A stretch of DNA of 64,000 bases, taken from Phaeosaccion multiseriatum (Eukaryota; Protista; Ochrophyta, other classes). The stretch is from contig OZ218952.1 in assembly GCA_965112735.1 (NCBI GenBank), forward strand, positions 3,472,001 through 3,536,000. The letters run 5' to 3'. The position numbers and the translations under genes were made by a program. This document shows, piece after piece, positions 36,628 to 52,080 of this stretch (the first letter of the stretch is position 1; each line of letters starts with the position of its first letter). A model generated the notes under the pieces. That model did not search any database and was not told the DNA's origin. It saw only the letters and a list, made by a program, of their open reading frames with translations.

Positions 36628-38661
36628 ATGAGGGAGATCCAGGATCTGGGGAGGAGAAAGGATTGGAAGAAGGTTGCACCTACTCTGGAGCGCGCACGGC
36701 GAGAGGGCCTCAAGCCCAACCAGTACTGTTTGAATGCTGCGATTACCGCGATTGGGAAGAGTGGGCGGTGGAAGGGCGCTTTGAGACTTCTGGACGAGAT
36801 GAAAGCAGAAGGACTCTCTCCGGATGTAATCAGCTACAGCTCCGCCATTGACGCATGCGCCAGGGCCAGCCAACACGTGGAGGCAATGGGTTTACTGAGG
36901 GAGATGAAGGCGGAAGGACTCGCTCCGGATGTAATCAGCTACAGCTCCACCATTAACGCATGCGCCAAGGCCAGCCAACAGGTGGAGGCATTGAGTTTAC
37001 TGAGGGATATGAAGGCAGAAGGACTCACTCCCAACGAAATCAGCTACAGCTCCGCCATTGACGCATGCGCCAGGGCCAACCAACACATGAAGGCATTGGT
37101 TTTACTGAGGGAGATGAAGGCGGAAGGACTCGCTCCCAACGAAATCAGCTACAACTCCACCATTAACGCATGCGCCAAGGCCAGCCAACACGTGGAGGCA
37201 ATGGGTTTACTGAGGGAGATGAAGGCAGAAGGACTCGCTCCGGATGCAATCAGCTACAGCTCCGCCATTAACGCATGCGCCAAGGCCAGCCAACACGTGG
37301 AGGCAATGAGTTTACTGAGGGAGATGAAGGCAGAAGGACTCGCTCCCAATGTAATCAGCTACAGCTCCACCATTAACGCATGCGCCAAGGCCGGCCAACA
37401 CGCGGAGGCAATGTGTTTACTGAGGGAGATGAAGGCGGAAGGACTCGCTCCCAATGTAATCAGCTACAACTCCACCATTAACGCATGCGCCAGGGCCAGC
37501 CAACACGTGGAGGCATTGGTCTTACTGAGGGAGATGAAGGCGGAAGGACTCACTCCCAATGAAATCAGCTATAGCTCCACCATTAACGCATACGCCAAGG
37601 CCAGCCAACACGTGGAGGCATTGGTCTTACTGAAGGAGATGAAGGCGGAAGGACTCGCTCCCAATGAAATCAGCTACAGCTCCACCATTAACGCATGCGC
37701 CAAGGCCAGCCAACACGTGGAGGCAATGAGTTTACTGAGGGAGATGAAGGCAGAAGGACTCGCTCCGGATGTAATCAGCTACAGCTCCACCATTAACGCA
37801 TGCGCCAAGGCCGGCCAACACGTGGAGGCATTGGTCTTACTGAGGGAGATGAAGGCGGAAGGACTCACTCCCAATGAAATCAGCTACAGCTCCACCATTA
37901 ACGCATACGCCAAGGCCGGCCAACACTTGGAGGCATTGGTTTTGCTGAGGGAGATGAAGGCGGAAGGACTCGCTCCGGATGAAATCAGCTACAACTCCAC
38001 CATTAACGCATGCGCCAAGGCCAACCAGCACGTGGAGGCATTGGTTTTGCTGAGGGAGATGAAGACGGAAGGACTCGCTCCGGATGTAATCAGCTACAGC
38101 TCCACCATTAACGCATGCGCCAGGGGCAGCCAACACGTGGAGGCATTGGTTTTGCTGAGGGAGATGAAGGCAGAAGGATTCACTCCGGATGAAATCAGCT
38201 ACAGCTCAACCATTGACGCATGCGCCAAGGCCAGCCAGCACGTGGAGGCATTGGTTTTACTGAGGGAGATGAAGGCGGAGGGACTCGCTCCGGACGTAAT
38301 CAGCTACACCGCTACGATTGATGCTCTGCAGGAGGGTGGAGACGAGGAGGCTGCTGACGAGCTGTACGCAGAGGCCGTATCGCAAGGGGTCTTGAATCAC
38401 TGGAGGAAAGGGGGGCAGTTGATGGACTTGCACGAGTTCAGCAGGGGAACGAGCAAGGCAGCGCTTCGTCACGCGCTCTCAGAGGCGAAGCCGGGTGCTG
38501 AGGTCAAAGTCATCACAGGCCGAGGCCGAGGCAGTGAGGACGGCGTCAGCGTTCTCAAGCCCGCGGTGCTGGCCTACTTGCAGGAAAGAGCAGGAGTCGA
38601 AGTACGGGAAGACGAACGTAACCCGGGGAGGGTGGTGATGCGAGTCACAGGTGCGCGATGA
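36628..38661 (+). CDS. PPR-SMR copy 2 (14 core repeats); presequence disconnected by a 10-bp deletion (possible pseudogene or retargeted isoform)
   Basis: The homologous ATG at 36428 is 200 nt upstream of 36628, versus 210 nt in copy 3. The PPR array (36826-38295) and Smr domain are open. Confidence 0.8.
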   Translation: MREIQDLGRRKDWKKVAPTLERARREGLKPNQYCLNAAITAIGKSGRWKGALRLLDEMKAEGLSPDVISYSSAIDACARASQHVEAMGLLREMKAEGLAPDVISYSSTINACAKASQQVEALSLLRDMKAEGLTPNEISYSSAIDACARANQHMKALVLLREMKAEGLAPNEISYNSTINACAKASQHVEAMGLLREMKAEGLAPDAISYSSAINACAKASQHVEAMSLLREMKAEGLAPNVISYSSTINACAKAGQHAEAMCLLREMKAEGLAPNVISYNSTINACARASQHVEALVLLREMKAEGLTPNEISYSSTINAYAKASQHVEALVLLKEMKAEGLAPNEISYSSTINACAKASQHVEAMSLLREMKAEGLAPDVISYSSTINACAKAGQHVEALVLLREMKAEGLTPNEISYSSTINAYAKAGQHLEALVLLREMKAEGLAPDEISYNSTINACAKANQHVEALVLLREMKTEGLAPDVISYSSTINACARGSQHVEALVLLREMKAEGFTPDEISYSSTIDACAKASQHVEALVLLREMKAEGLAPDVISYTATIDALQEGGDEEAADELYAEAVSQGVLNHWRKGGQLMDLHEFSRGTSKAALRHALSEAKPGAEVKVITGRGRGSEDGVSVLKPAVLAYLQERAGVEVREDERNPGRVVMRVTGAR

Positions 38662-38822
38662 TGCTACCATTGATGGGCGTCGAAGGCATACCCCGTGAGT
38701 CTCAGTTGCATCCTGGCCTTGGTCCTATCACTCGGCCAAATTGTCGGGTGGCTGTGGAGCGGGATGACGGCAGCAACTGAGCACTAGTTGAGTACTAGTG
38801 TTATGTGGCCGGAAGGGGCCAG

Positions 38823-38945
38823 CCCTCGCGCCAGGTTGACCTCGTGGGTAAGACCTTGCGGGTGAAGAGCTTGCGCATGGTGTGCGGGGATGGGATCTGC
38901 CTACAGGTTTTGTAGGTGCAGCTGGATACCGGGCCATCCCAACGA
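38823..38945 (+). pseudogene. Degenerate copy of part of the FMT last exon
   Basis: Matches 34153-34358 (AAGAGCTTGCGC.TGGTGTGCGGGGATGGGA.CTGCCT.CAGGT...GGTGCAGC) with an internal deletion. Confidence 0.8.
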
Positions 38946-39333
38946 CAGGGGGCGAGTAGGCAGAGAAGAGATAGGTAAATGGGTGGATACATGTCGAGCT
39001 CACATACGTTACTTCCTTGATGCAATGTACTTGGCTTTCCTGTTGCTTCGGAATGCTGTCATATCGCGCTGCGTCTCGTTGGACTGATGCTGCGTGCTGC
39101 TGCTGCTGCTGGTGGTTGTCCATTCGTCGTCCTGGCCCCCGTTTCCGCGGGGACTCGGCGGCGGAACAAAAGGGTGCAACGGGTGTAACGGGTGCCCGTT
39201 GGGGGTCGGACAGGAGAAGGGAAAAGAAAAAAGGAAAGCACACGAGTCACAAGAAAGTGGCATTGAGTAGTCCCGGCCAGCACCTCAATCAATTACACAT
39301 CACCCTCCAGTTCCATCCCCACCCGCTGCCTGC

Positions 39334-42276
39334 CTACCAAGAGCCCAGCCAGTGGCCCAGCAGGCCTGCCATGAGGGTATCGGATTGGCGCTGCAGGATG
39401 GCGTACGCTGCCATTTGGCGACGACGTCTGTGCTGCCGCCGGAACAAGCTAGCGCTCCGCTTCCGCCCAAGACGGCCCCGGCTCCCCTCCTCCTCCTCCT
39501 CCCCCTCCTCGTCTTCTTGTTCTCGCTGCTCGTCGCCATCGGGCCCCCAGTCTCGCTCCGTCCTGTGCAGAGCCAGTGCGCCTCCCACCTCCGTCCGCAA
39601 GGCCTCCAGGCAGCGTGTCATGGCAGCCACGCACTCCGGACTGCCCAAGTTGCTGCGCACCTCCACACCGCTCTCGGGATTAGCCGCCCCCAGCGCCGCG
39701 AGAAGGGGAATCACAAAGCCTCCCTCACGCGCCCACAGAGAGAGCGCCACTGCCTCTGTGGAGAAGCGCGTGGAGGAGACGCAGGCGCAGGGTGTGGTGG
39801 GGAGGAGGCGTTCCAGAGCCCGACCGATGGCCGCCATGAGACCGCTGGTGCCGGTGCTGCCCGACCCTTGAACTGCAGCAGTTGGTGATACAGCCGCAGC
39901 AGCAGAGCGAGTAGCAGTGAGCAGGAGCGCCGTGCTCAGTCCGGGGCTATAGTCCACCCCTCCCCGAGCGAGAGCAGCCTGCTTGTCCTGTTTCGTCTGC
40001 TGCCGTCGACGAGGGTGCCAAGGGTTTCCCCTCCGCCCTACACCGTCAGCACGGGCCTCGTCTGCACAGGGCCCCATCCATCTCACCCAGGGGGGCTCGC
40101 AGCAGAAACGGGCCATGCCCGTCGGGCCCGCTGCCGCTGCGGCGGAGGCAGAAGCCCCAAAGCTGCTGCCCATGTCGCTGCCCATGTCGCTGCCCTTGCC
40201 GCTATTGCCCATATGACTGTGGATGGAAGGTAGGCCGAGCATCTCCTGAGCGCTGATGTGGACATGCTCACAAGGATTCGAGTGGAAACGGCCGAAACTG
40301 ACATGCCCCCCCGCGCCAAACAGAGCTTCGCTCCCGGACCCTCGCCTCCTCCTCCTCCTCCAGCTGCTGCCCCTGTGCCTCTCCAGCCGTGCCTTCATCG
40401 CTGACACTTCCGAAGGGGTCTGTGCCTGCCAGCAACAGGAGATGAGCACAGGTACTCCTCCCGCGCCCTCCCCTGCCCCCACCGCCGCCCAGTGGCACAC
40501 GCTGCAGTCAAGAGAGAGGGGGGGACGTGTGCACATGCCGAAACAGTAGCAGACGCCCCCGGCTGCAGCAGCGCACAGCAGCCGCTCTGAGAGGCCAGGG
40601 GCCCGTGGGGCGTGGACAGGGACAGCTTCACACTCGTGGCTGCTGCGCCGCTGCGCCGAGGATTGAACACCCTCGCCCGCACCGAGAGGGTCGCGGATGG
40701 CCCGTCGAAAGCGTGAGCGACCTCGGAGATGCGAACCAGACAAGCGGTGGTGCTGTTTCTGCTGCTGGTGCTGCCGCTGCTGCTGCCCTGCCGGCCATTC
40801 GTCTGCTGCTGCTGTATCACCAACTGCTGGGGTGCTGCTCCAGCCGCACCCTTGCCGCTCCCCTCCCCACGGCCCACGCTCTGCTTGGCCTGCTTGGCTG
40901 CTGGCGAGGGGAGCATTGGCACCAGTCCTGTGCAGAACGCCTCGAAGACATTGCCGTGGTGCAGCCCTGCATCGGGGGGTGACGGACGGACGTGGCCGGA
41001 GTGGCCCCGCTGCTGTGTAGTGTAGGCCTTGGAAGTGATGACTTGCCACGAGGCCTTGAGGAGGAGGCGCTTGTCGCTGCACTTCCTGGCCAGGGACTGG
41101 AGACTTGTCTCCTCTGCACGCAGGCACATCTTCAGCGTTCTACACACTCGTGCGAGCTGCTCTGCGCGGTGCTGCTCCTCCTCCGCACGCCGCTGCTGCT
41201 GCTGTTGCTCTGATACGGAGGAGGAACTGGCGACTTTCCTCCTTCCAAGCCTCTCCCCTCCCTCTTTCACCGCCCCCTTGCTCTCCCTTCTGTCGCCTGG
41301 CCCGGTGCTGGGCTTTCCCTGATTCGTCTTCTTGGTCTTCTTCCTCGCCTTCTCCTTTCTTTTGCTGCCCACTTCCTTGCTCCTTGGAGACGCCAGTGCC
41401 AGTGCCATTCCCCTCGCCTTCCCCTCCTTCGCCTCCTTCTCCCCCTCTGCCCCCCCCTCGATGGCATCGTCGTGGTCTTCTCCTGCCGGCCTTCTCCTCT
41501 TCCTCCGGCGCCGCTCCCCGCCCAGTCCCTCCCCCTCCTTACCTCCCCGCCGCCTAGTGCTTCCTGCCAGCTCCGCGATGGCCACAAAACTGTGGGCGTG
41601 CAGCAGAGCGAGGTCATCCCGCTTGCCCTCTGCCCACAGAGAGGAGCAGTCCGTGGTGACCACATGCCTCACGACTTGCTTCAGCCGCACCCCTCTGCCG
41701 CCGCCTACTTCATCGCTCTGCTGCTGCTGGTGCTGCTGCTGCTGCTGCTGCCGAGGTATGATGACCACCTGCTCTCGGCCGTTTCCGAGCACATCACCAA
41801 CTGTGACTCCGGCTGCTCCACTGTAGCGCTCTATCACAGGGAGAACCGGGGAAAGAGAGAGGTCTCGAAAGGCGGAGGAGGGAGAGGGAGCTGGAGTGTC
41901 TCGCTCTTGGGTGGACGCGTGAGTCCCGTCAGCCTCATTCCTCACATTGCTCCTCTCATTGCTGCTGCCGCTGCTGCTGCTGCCGCTGATGCTGCTGCTG
42001 CCATGCCTGTCCGCGTCTCTGCTTCTACTGAGCAGCAGTACAGAGCCATCCCTGTCGGCGAGGTGTACGACAAGCACGCCTTCTCCGTCGTCGACAAGCG
42101 CTGGAGAACCAACATAGTAGGCCCGCAGCAGAAGCGGCGAGAAGGGTGGACAGAAGGTGACAGGGTGGGCATTGGGGTGGGGAGGAGTAAGCACCACTTG
42201 TATATGAGGAGAGTATGTAGCTGTGACGAAATGCAAGATCTGAGGGAAGGCTCAAGGACACCCACACCCACACATA

Positions 42277-42324
<48 letters not shown>

Positions 42325-42349
42325 CGCACACACACACACGCACACACAC

Positions 42350-42415
<66 letters not shown>

Positions 42416-43775
42416 ACCGACGTCAATGCTCAGAGGGCGACAAGGGAGCCGAACAGACTGCACGACTTCGCCGGACCGCACTTCAACCAAGCAGTGTGTC
42501 TGCATCATCATCATCCGCTGCTGCTGCTGCTGCTGGTGGTGGTGGTGGTAGTTGTACTTCACTTCGGCCGACCCCCCCTCCTCCTGTTTCTCCACCTCGT
42601 CCTCCTCCCAAAGAGGCTGAAGCCTACCCTCGCGCCGCCGCGTGACGTAAGCGTAACCCGTCATGCCTCTCTCTACGGAGGAGAACGGGCACTCGCCCAC
42701 TGGGTAAACGTCCATGACCCCCTCCAAGTCGCGTGGCAATCCACCATACGCTGCTATTTCGGAGGGCTTCCCGCCCTTGCCGATGGTCAGCTTTATCCAA
42801 GGCTCCTTCACGACCTCCGGATAAGGCCTCTCCTCCTCCTGCGGCTGCTGCTCCTGTATCCATCCATACTCGCGCCTTCCCCCCCGCCCGCCTCCGCACA
42901 GTATTTGAGCTGCGCCGTCTGTACTGCAGCCCAACTGCCTCATGACGATGGCAGAGTCACCACAAGTGAGTCGATCCGTCTGAGAGCCAGTAGGAGGAGC
43001 GACATCAGTAGCTGCTGTCGATACCAAAGACGGCCACAGCAGTCGCTCCATGCTCCAGTCCAGTGATGCCAGAGGGGGTGTTGCTCCACTTCCCGCCGCT
43101 GGTGCCCCTGCCGCTGCTGCCATGGATGCCACGGAAGATGCTCTCCCCTGCTCATCGAGGCGAGGGCGCCACACCACAACGTTTCTTCCCTCATGGGAGC
43201 AGGCAACCACAGCTGGTCCATCCACGATGGCGAACTGCCACCCGTCCGCTGCTGCTTCTCCTGCTGCTTCTGCTGTTGGTCGTACGCATCTCCTCCCCTC
43301 CCCTTCCTTCCTATCTTGAGGGTCCAAGTGGGCGTCAGTCATGTGTAGCGCATCTCCAAACTCCAAGTCGTGCACTTCGAAGGCGGCGGCAGTTGCAGCA
43401 GCAGTAGCAGCGGAGAGGTCGTGGCAGGCTAAGCACACAAGTCTCAAGGACGGCAAGGAGGGGCAAAAACTGTTGCTGCCCACGTCGTTGCTCGTTTCCA
43501 TGTCCAGCCCACCGAAGTTAGAGTCACCACCACGCACCGCCACCTCCTCGTCAGCCTGGGTACTTCCTCCTTCGCTCCGCTCTCTCTCTGTCTCTTCAGT
43601 GTCGCCCTCCTCTTCTTCTCCGCCGCCATCTTCCCCCTCCTGTCTCCCTGGTACCTCTCCCTTCCTTTGCTGCCGCTGGGGAGGAAGGAACAGAAGAATG
43701 CACACACAATGACACAATTGTCCCTCGTGGAGAGCCTCTGCCGTAGGCAGCACCCTTGCATCGCGCGACAAGCTA
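39334..43775 (-). pseudogene. FANCB-like duplicate, disrupted
   Basis: Near-identical to 47036-51540, but has a 1-bp deletion at ~40490 (GCCGCCCAGTGG vs GCCGCCCCAGTGG) that splits exon 2 into two ORFs. It also lacks the segment carrying the candidate ATG at 51590. Confidence 0.7.
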
Positions 43776-44119
43776 CAAAAGCGAGAGTCCCCCAGCTCAT
43801 TTCCTTTGCTTATCAGCCGATGATCCTCTTTCCTCCCCCTCCCAATCAGCCGTACTGCCCATCCCCCCTCTTCCGACGGCGCCAGCGCTGCTGTTGCTGC
43901 GGCTGCTCCTTCTTCTTGTCATTATCTTCCTCCTCGGTGACGCTCCTTCGCTCCATCGGCCAGCAGCATTCGACACTCAACAGAGAGAGCGAATTGGATG
44001 GTGCATGTGTTGGTCCTCCGCCCCAGCTCACAGCTAGCCAGTGGGAATCCTTATCCTTTCGATATCTCCTTTCTCATCCTCGAGAGAGATTGGAGAGCAG
44101 TAAGAGCTTACGACAGAAA

Positions 44120-46363
44120 ATGTTGATGATGAGAGCGATGTCGTTGAGGGGAGTGGCCAGAGCGTGCTACTCCTCTTGCATTGGCAGGAATAGAAGAGGA
44201 CCCACAGCAGTAGGAGACACCGCTGCTGAACGGCGTGCCGACTCTACTCTCCCTCAGCAGAAGCAGCTGCCGCAGCAATGGTCCTGCTACTCTACTGGGG
44301 GAAGTGACAAGTCGAGACAGATACGGCTTATGAGGGAGATCCAGGATCTGGGGAGGAGAAAGGATTGGAAGAAGGTTGCACCTACTCTGGAGCGCGCACG
44401 GCGAGAGGGCCTCAAGCCCAACCAGTACTGTTTGAATGCTGCGATTACCGCGATTGGGAAGAGTGGGCGGTGGAAGGGCGCTTTGAGACTTCTGGACGAG
44501 ATGAAAGCAGAAGGACTCTCTCCGGATGTAATCAGCTACAGCTCCGCCATTGACGCATGCGCCAGGGCCAGCCAACACGTGGAGGCAATGGGTTTACTGA
44601 GGGAGATGAAGGCGGAAGGACTCGCTCCGGATGTAATCAGCTACAGCTCCACCATTAACGCATGCGCCAAGGCCAGCCAACAGGTGGAGGCATTGAGTTT
44701 ACTGAGGGATATGAAGGCAGAAGGACTCACTCCCAACGAAATCAGCTACAGCTCCGCCATTGACGCATGCGCCAGGGCCAACCAACACATGAAGGCATTG
44801 GTTTTACTGAGGGAGATGAAGGCGGAAGGACTCGCTCCCAACGAAATCAGCTACAACTCCACCATTAACGCATGCGCCAAGGCCAGCCAACACGTGGAGG
44901 CAATGGGTTTACTGAGGGAGATGAAGGCAGAAGGACTCGCTCCGGATGCAATCAGCTACAGCTCCGCCATTAACGCATGCGCCAAGGCCAGCCAACACGT
45001 GGAGGCAATGAGTTTACTGAGGGAGATGAAGGCAGAAGGACTCGCTCCCAATGTAATCAGCTACAGCTCCACCATTAACGCATGCGCCAAGGCCGGCCAA
45101 CACGCGGAGGCATTGGTCTTACTGAGGGAGATGAAGGCGGAAGGACTCGCTCCCAATGTAATCAGCTACAACTCCACCATTAACGCATGCGCCAGGGCCA
45201 GCCAACACGTGGAGGCATTGGTCTTACTGAGGGAGATGAAGGCGGAAGGACTCACTCCCAATGAAATCAGCTATAGCTCCACCATTAACGCATACGCCAA
45301 GGCCAGCCAACACGTGGAGGCATTGGTCTTACTGAAGGAGATGAAGGCGGAAGGACTCGCTCCCAACGAAATCAGCTACAGCTCCACCATTAACGCATGC
45401 GCCAAGGCCAGCCAGCACGTGGAGGCAATGAGTTTACTGAGGGAGATGAAGGCAGAAGGACTCGCTCCCAATGTAATCAGCTACAGCTCCACCATTAACG
45501 CATGCGCCAAGGCCGGCCAACACGTGGAGGCATTGGTCTTACTGAGGGAGATGAAGGCGGAAGGACTCACTCCCAATGAAATCAGCTACAGCTCCACCAT
45601 TAACGCATACGCCAAGGCCGGCCAACACTTGGAGGCATTGGTTTTGCTGAGGGAGATGAAGGCGGAAGGACTCGCTCCGGATGAAATCAGCTACAACTCC
45701 ACCATTAACGCATGCGCCAAGGCCAACCAGCACGTGGAGGCATTGGTTTTGCTGAGGGAGATGAAGACGGAAGGACTCGCTCCGGATGTAATCAGCTACA
45801 GCTCCACCATTAACGCATGCGCCAGGGGCAGCCAACACGTGGAGGCATTGGTTTTGCTGAGGGAGATGAAGGCAGAAGGATTCACTCCGGATGAAATCAG
45901 CTACAGCTCCACCATTAACGCATGCGCCAAGGCCAGCCAGCACGTGGAGGCATTGGTTTTACTGAGGGAGATGAAGGCGGAGGGACTCGCTCCGGACGTA
46001 ATCAGCTACACCGCTACGATTGATGCTCTGCAGGAGGGTGGAGACGAGGAGGCTGCTGACGAGCTGTACGCAGAGGCCGTATCGCAAGGGGTCTTGAATC
46101 ACTGGAGGAAAGGGGGGCAGTTGATGGACTTGCACGAGTTCAGCAGGGGAACGAGCAAGGCAGCGCTTCGTCACGCGCTCTCAGAGGCGAAGCCGGGTGC
46201 TGAGGTCAAAGTCATCACAGGCCGAGGCCGAGGCAGTGAGGACGGCGTCAGCGTTCTCAAGCCCGCGGTGCTGGCCTACTTGCAGGAAAGAGCAGGAGTC
46301 GAAGTACGGGAAGACGAACGTAACCCGGGGAGGGTGGTGATGCGAGTCACAGGTGCGCGATGA
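44120..46363 (+). CDS. PPR-SMR copy 3 (14 core repeats), intact presequence
   Basis: Open from MLMMRAMSLRG. Array at 44528-45997. Smr motifs MDLHEF...VITGRGRGS...NPGRVV. Confidence 0.93.
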   Translation: MLMMRAMSLRGVARACYSSCIGRNRRGPTAVGDTAAERRADSTLPQQKQLPQQWSCYSTGGSDKSRQIRLMREIQDLGRRKDWKKVAPTLERARREGLKPNQYCLNAAITAIGKSGRWKGALRLLDEMKAEGLSPDVISYSSAIDACARASQHVEAMGLLREMKAEGLAPDVISYSSTINACAKASQQVEALSLLRDMKAEGLTPNEISYSSAIDACARANQHMKALVLLREMKAEGLAPNEISYNSTINACAKASQHVEAMGLLREMKAEGLAPDAISYSSAINACAKASQHVEAMSLLREMKAEGLAPNVISYSSTINACAKAGQHAEALVLLREMKAEGLAPNVISYNSTINACARASQHVEALVLLREMKAEGLTPNEISYSSTINAYAKASQHVEALVLLKEMKAEGLAPNEISYSSTINACAKASQHVEAMSLLREMKAEGLAPNVISYSSTINACAKAGQHVEALVLLREMKAEGLTPNEISYSSTINAYAKAGQHLEALVLLREMKAEGLAPDEISYNSTINACAKANQHVEALVLLREMKTEGLAPDVISYSSTINACARGSQHVEALVLLREMKAEGFTPDEISYSSTINACAKASQHVEALVLLREMKAEGLAPDVISYTATIDALQEGGDEEAADELYAEAVSQGVLNHWRKGGQLMDLHEFSRGTSKAALRHALSEAKPGAEVKVITGRGRGSEDGVSVLKPAVLAYLQERAGVEVREDERNPGRVVMRVTGAR

Positions 46364-46524
46364 TGCTACCATTGATGGGCGTCGAAGGCATACCCCGTGA
46401 GTCTCAGTTGCATCCTGGCCTTGGTCCTATCACTCGGCCAAATTGTCGGGTGGCTGTGGAGCGGGATGACGGCAGCAACTGAGCACTAGTTGAGTACTAG
46501 TGTTATGTGGCCGGAAGGGGCCAG

Positions 46525-46647
46525 CCCTCGCGCAAGGCTGACCTCGTGGGTATGACCTTGCGGGTGAAGAGCTTGCGCGTGGTGTGCGGGGATGGGATCT
46601 GCCTGCAGGTCTTGTAGGTGCAGCTGGATACCGGGCCATCCCAACGA
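46525..46647 (+). pseudogene. Second degenerate copy of the FMT last-exon fragment
   Basis: Duplicate of 38823-38945. Confidence 0.8.
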
Positions 46648-47035
46648 CAGGGGGCGAGTAGGCAGAGAAGAGATAGGGAAATGGGTGGATACATGTCGAG
46701 CTCACATACGTTACTTCCTTGATGCAATGTACTTGACTTTCCTGTTGCTTCGGAATGCTGTCATATCGCGCTGCGTCTCGTTGGACTGATGCTGCGTGCT
46801 GCTGCTGCTGCTGGTGGTTGTCCATTCGTCGTCCTGGCCCCCGTTTCCGCGGGGACTCGGCGGCGGAACAAAAGGGTGCAACGGGTGTAACGGGTGCCCG
46901 TTGGGGGTCGGACAGGAGAAGGGAAAAGAAAAAAGGAAAGCACACGAGTCACAAGAAAGTGGCATTGAGTAGTCCCGGCCAGCACCTCAATCAATTACAC
47001 ATCACCCTCCAGTTCCATCCCCACCCGCTGCCTGC

Positions 47036-51590
<4,555 letters not shown>

Positions 51591-52080
51591 GGTCAAAGCA
51601 CGCCCGGAAGATACATAGGCGAGTGTCCCCCGCGGATTCGTGCTCATTTCCCTTGCTTATCAGCCGATCATCCTCATTGCTCGCTCCCAATGGTCGCAAA
51701 AGTGCTTGTATCAGTGAGCCTCCCGCCCAGAAGACCGTACCGTACTGCCCATCCCCCCTCTTCCGACGGCGCCACCGCTGCTGCTGCTGCGGCTGCTCCT
51801 TGTTCTTGTCATTATCTTCCTTCTCGATGACGCTCCTTTGCTCCATCGGCCAGCAGCATTCGACACTCGACACTATCGCCAGACAGATCGAGCGAAGAAG
51901 GCGAAAAGGATGGTGCATGTGTTGGTCCTCCGCCCCAGCTCACAGCTGGCTGAGAAGGAGGTGGTCTTTCTCTCCTTCCCCCTCTCCCCCTCCCTTCCTC
52001 CCTCCCTCCTTTCCCGCTCCCTCCCTCCCCTCGCCCCTTGCCTCCCTTCCCGAGAGAGCAGTAAGAGCTTAGGACAGAAA

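Noticed and set aside
43667-44119. N-terminal extensions of the PPR ORFs (898 aa and 755 aa predictions)
   Set aside because: They use non-ATG starts, are not shared between paralogues, and the 898-aa one overlaps FANCB-like sequence antisense. Shared homology starts at MLMMR.
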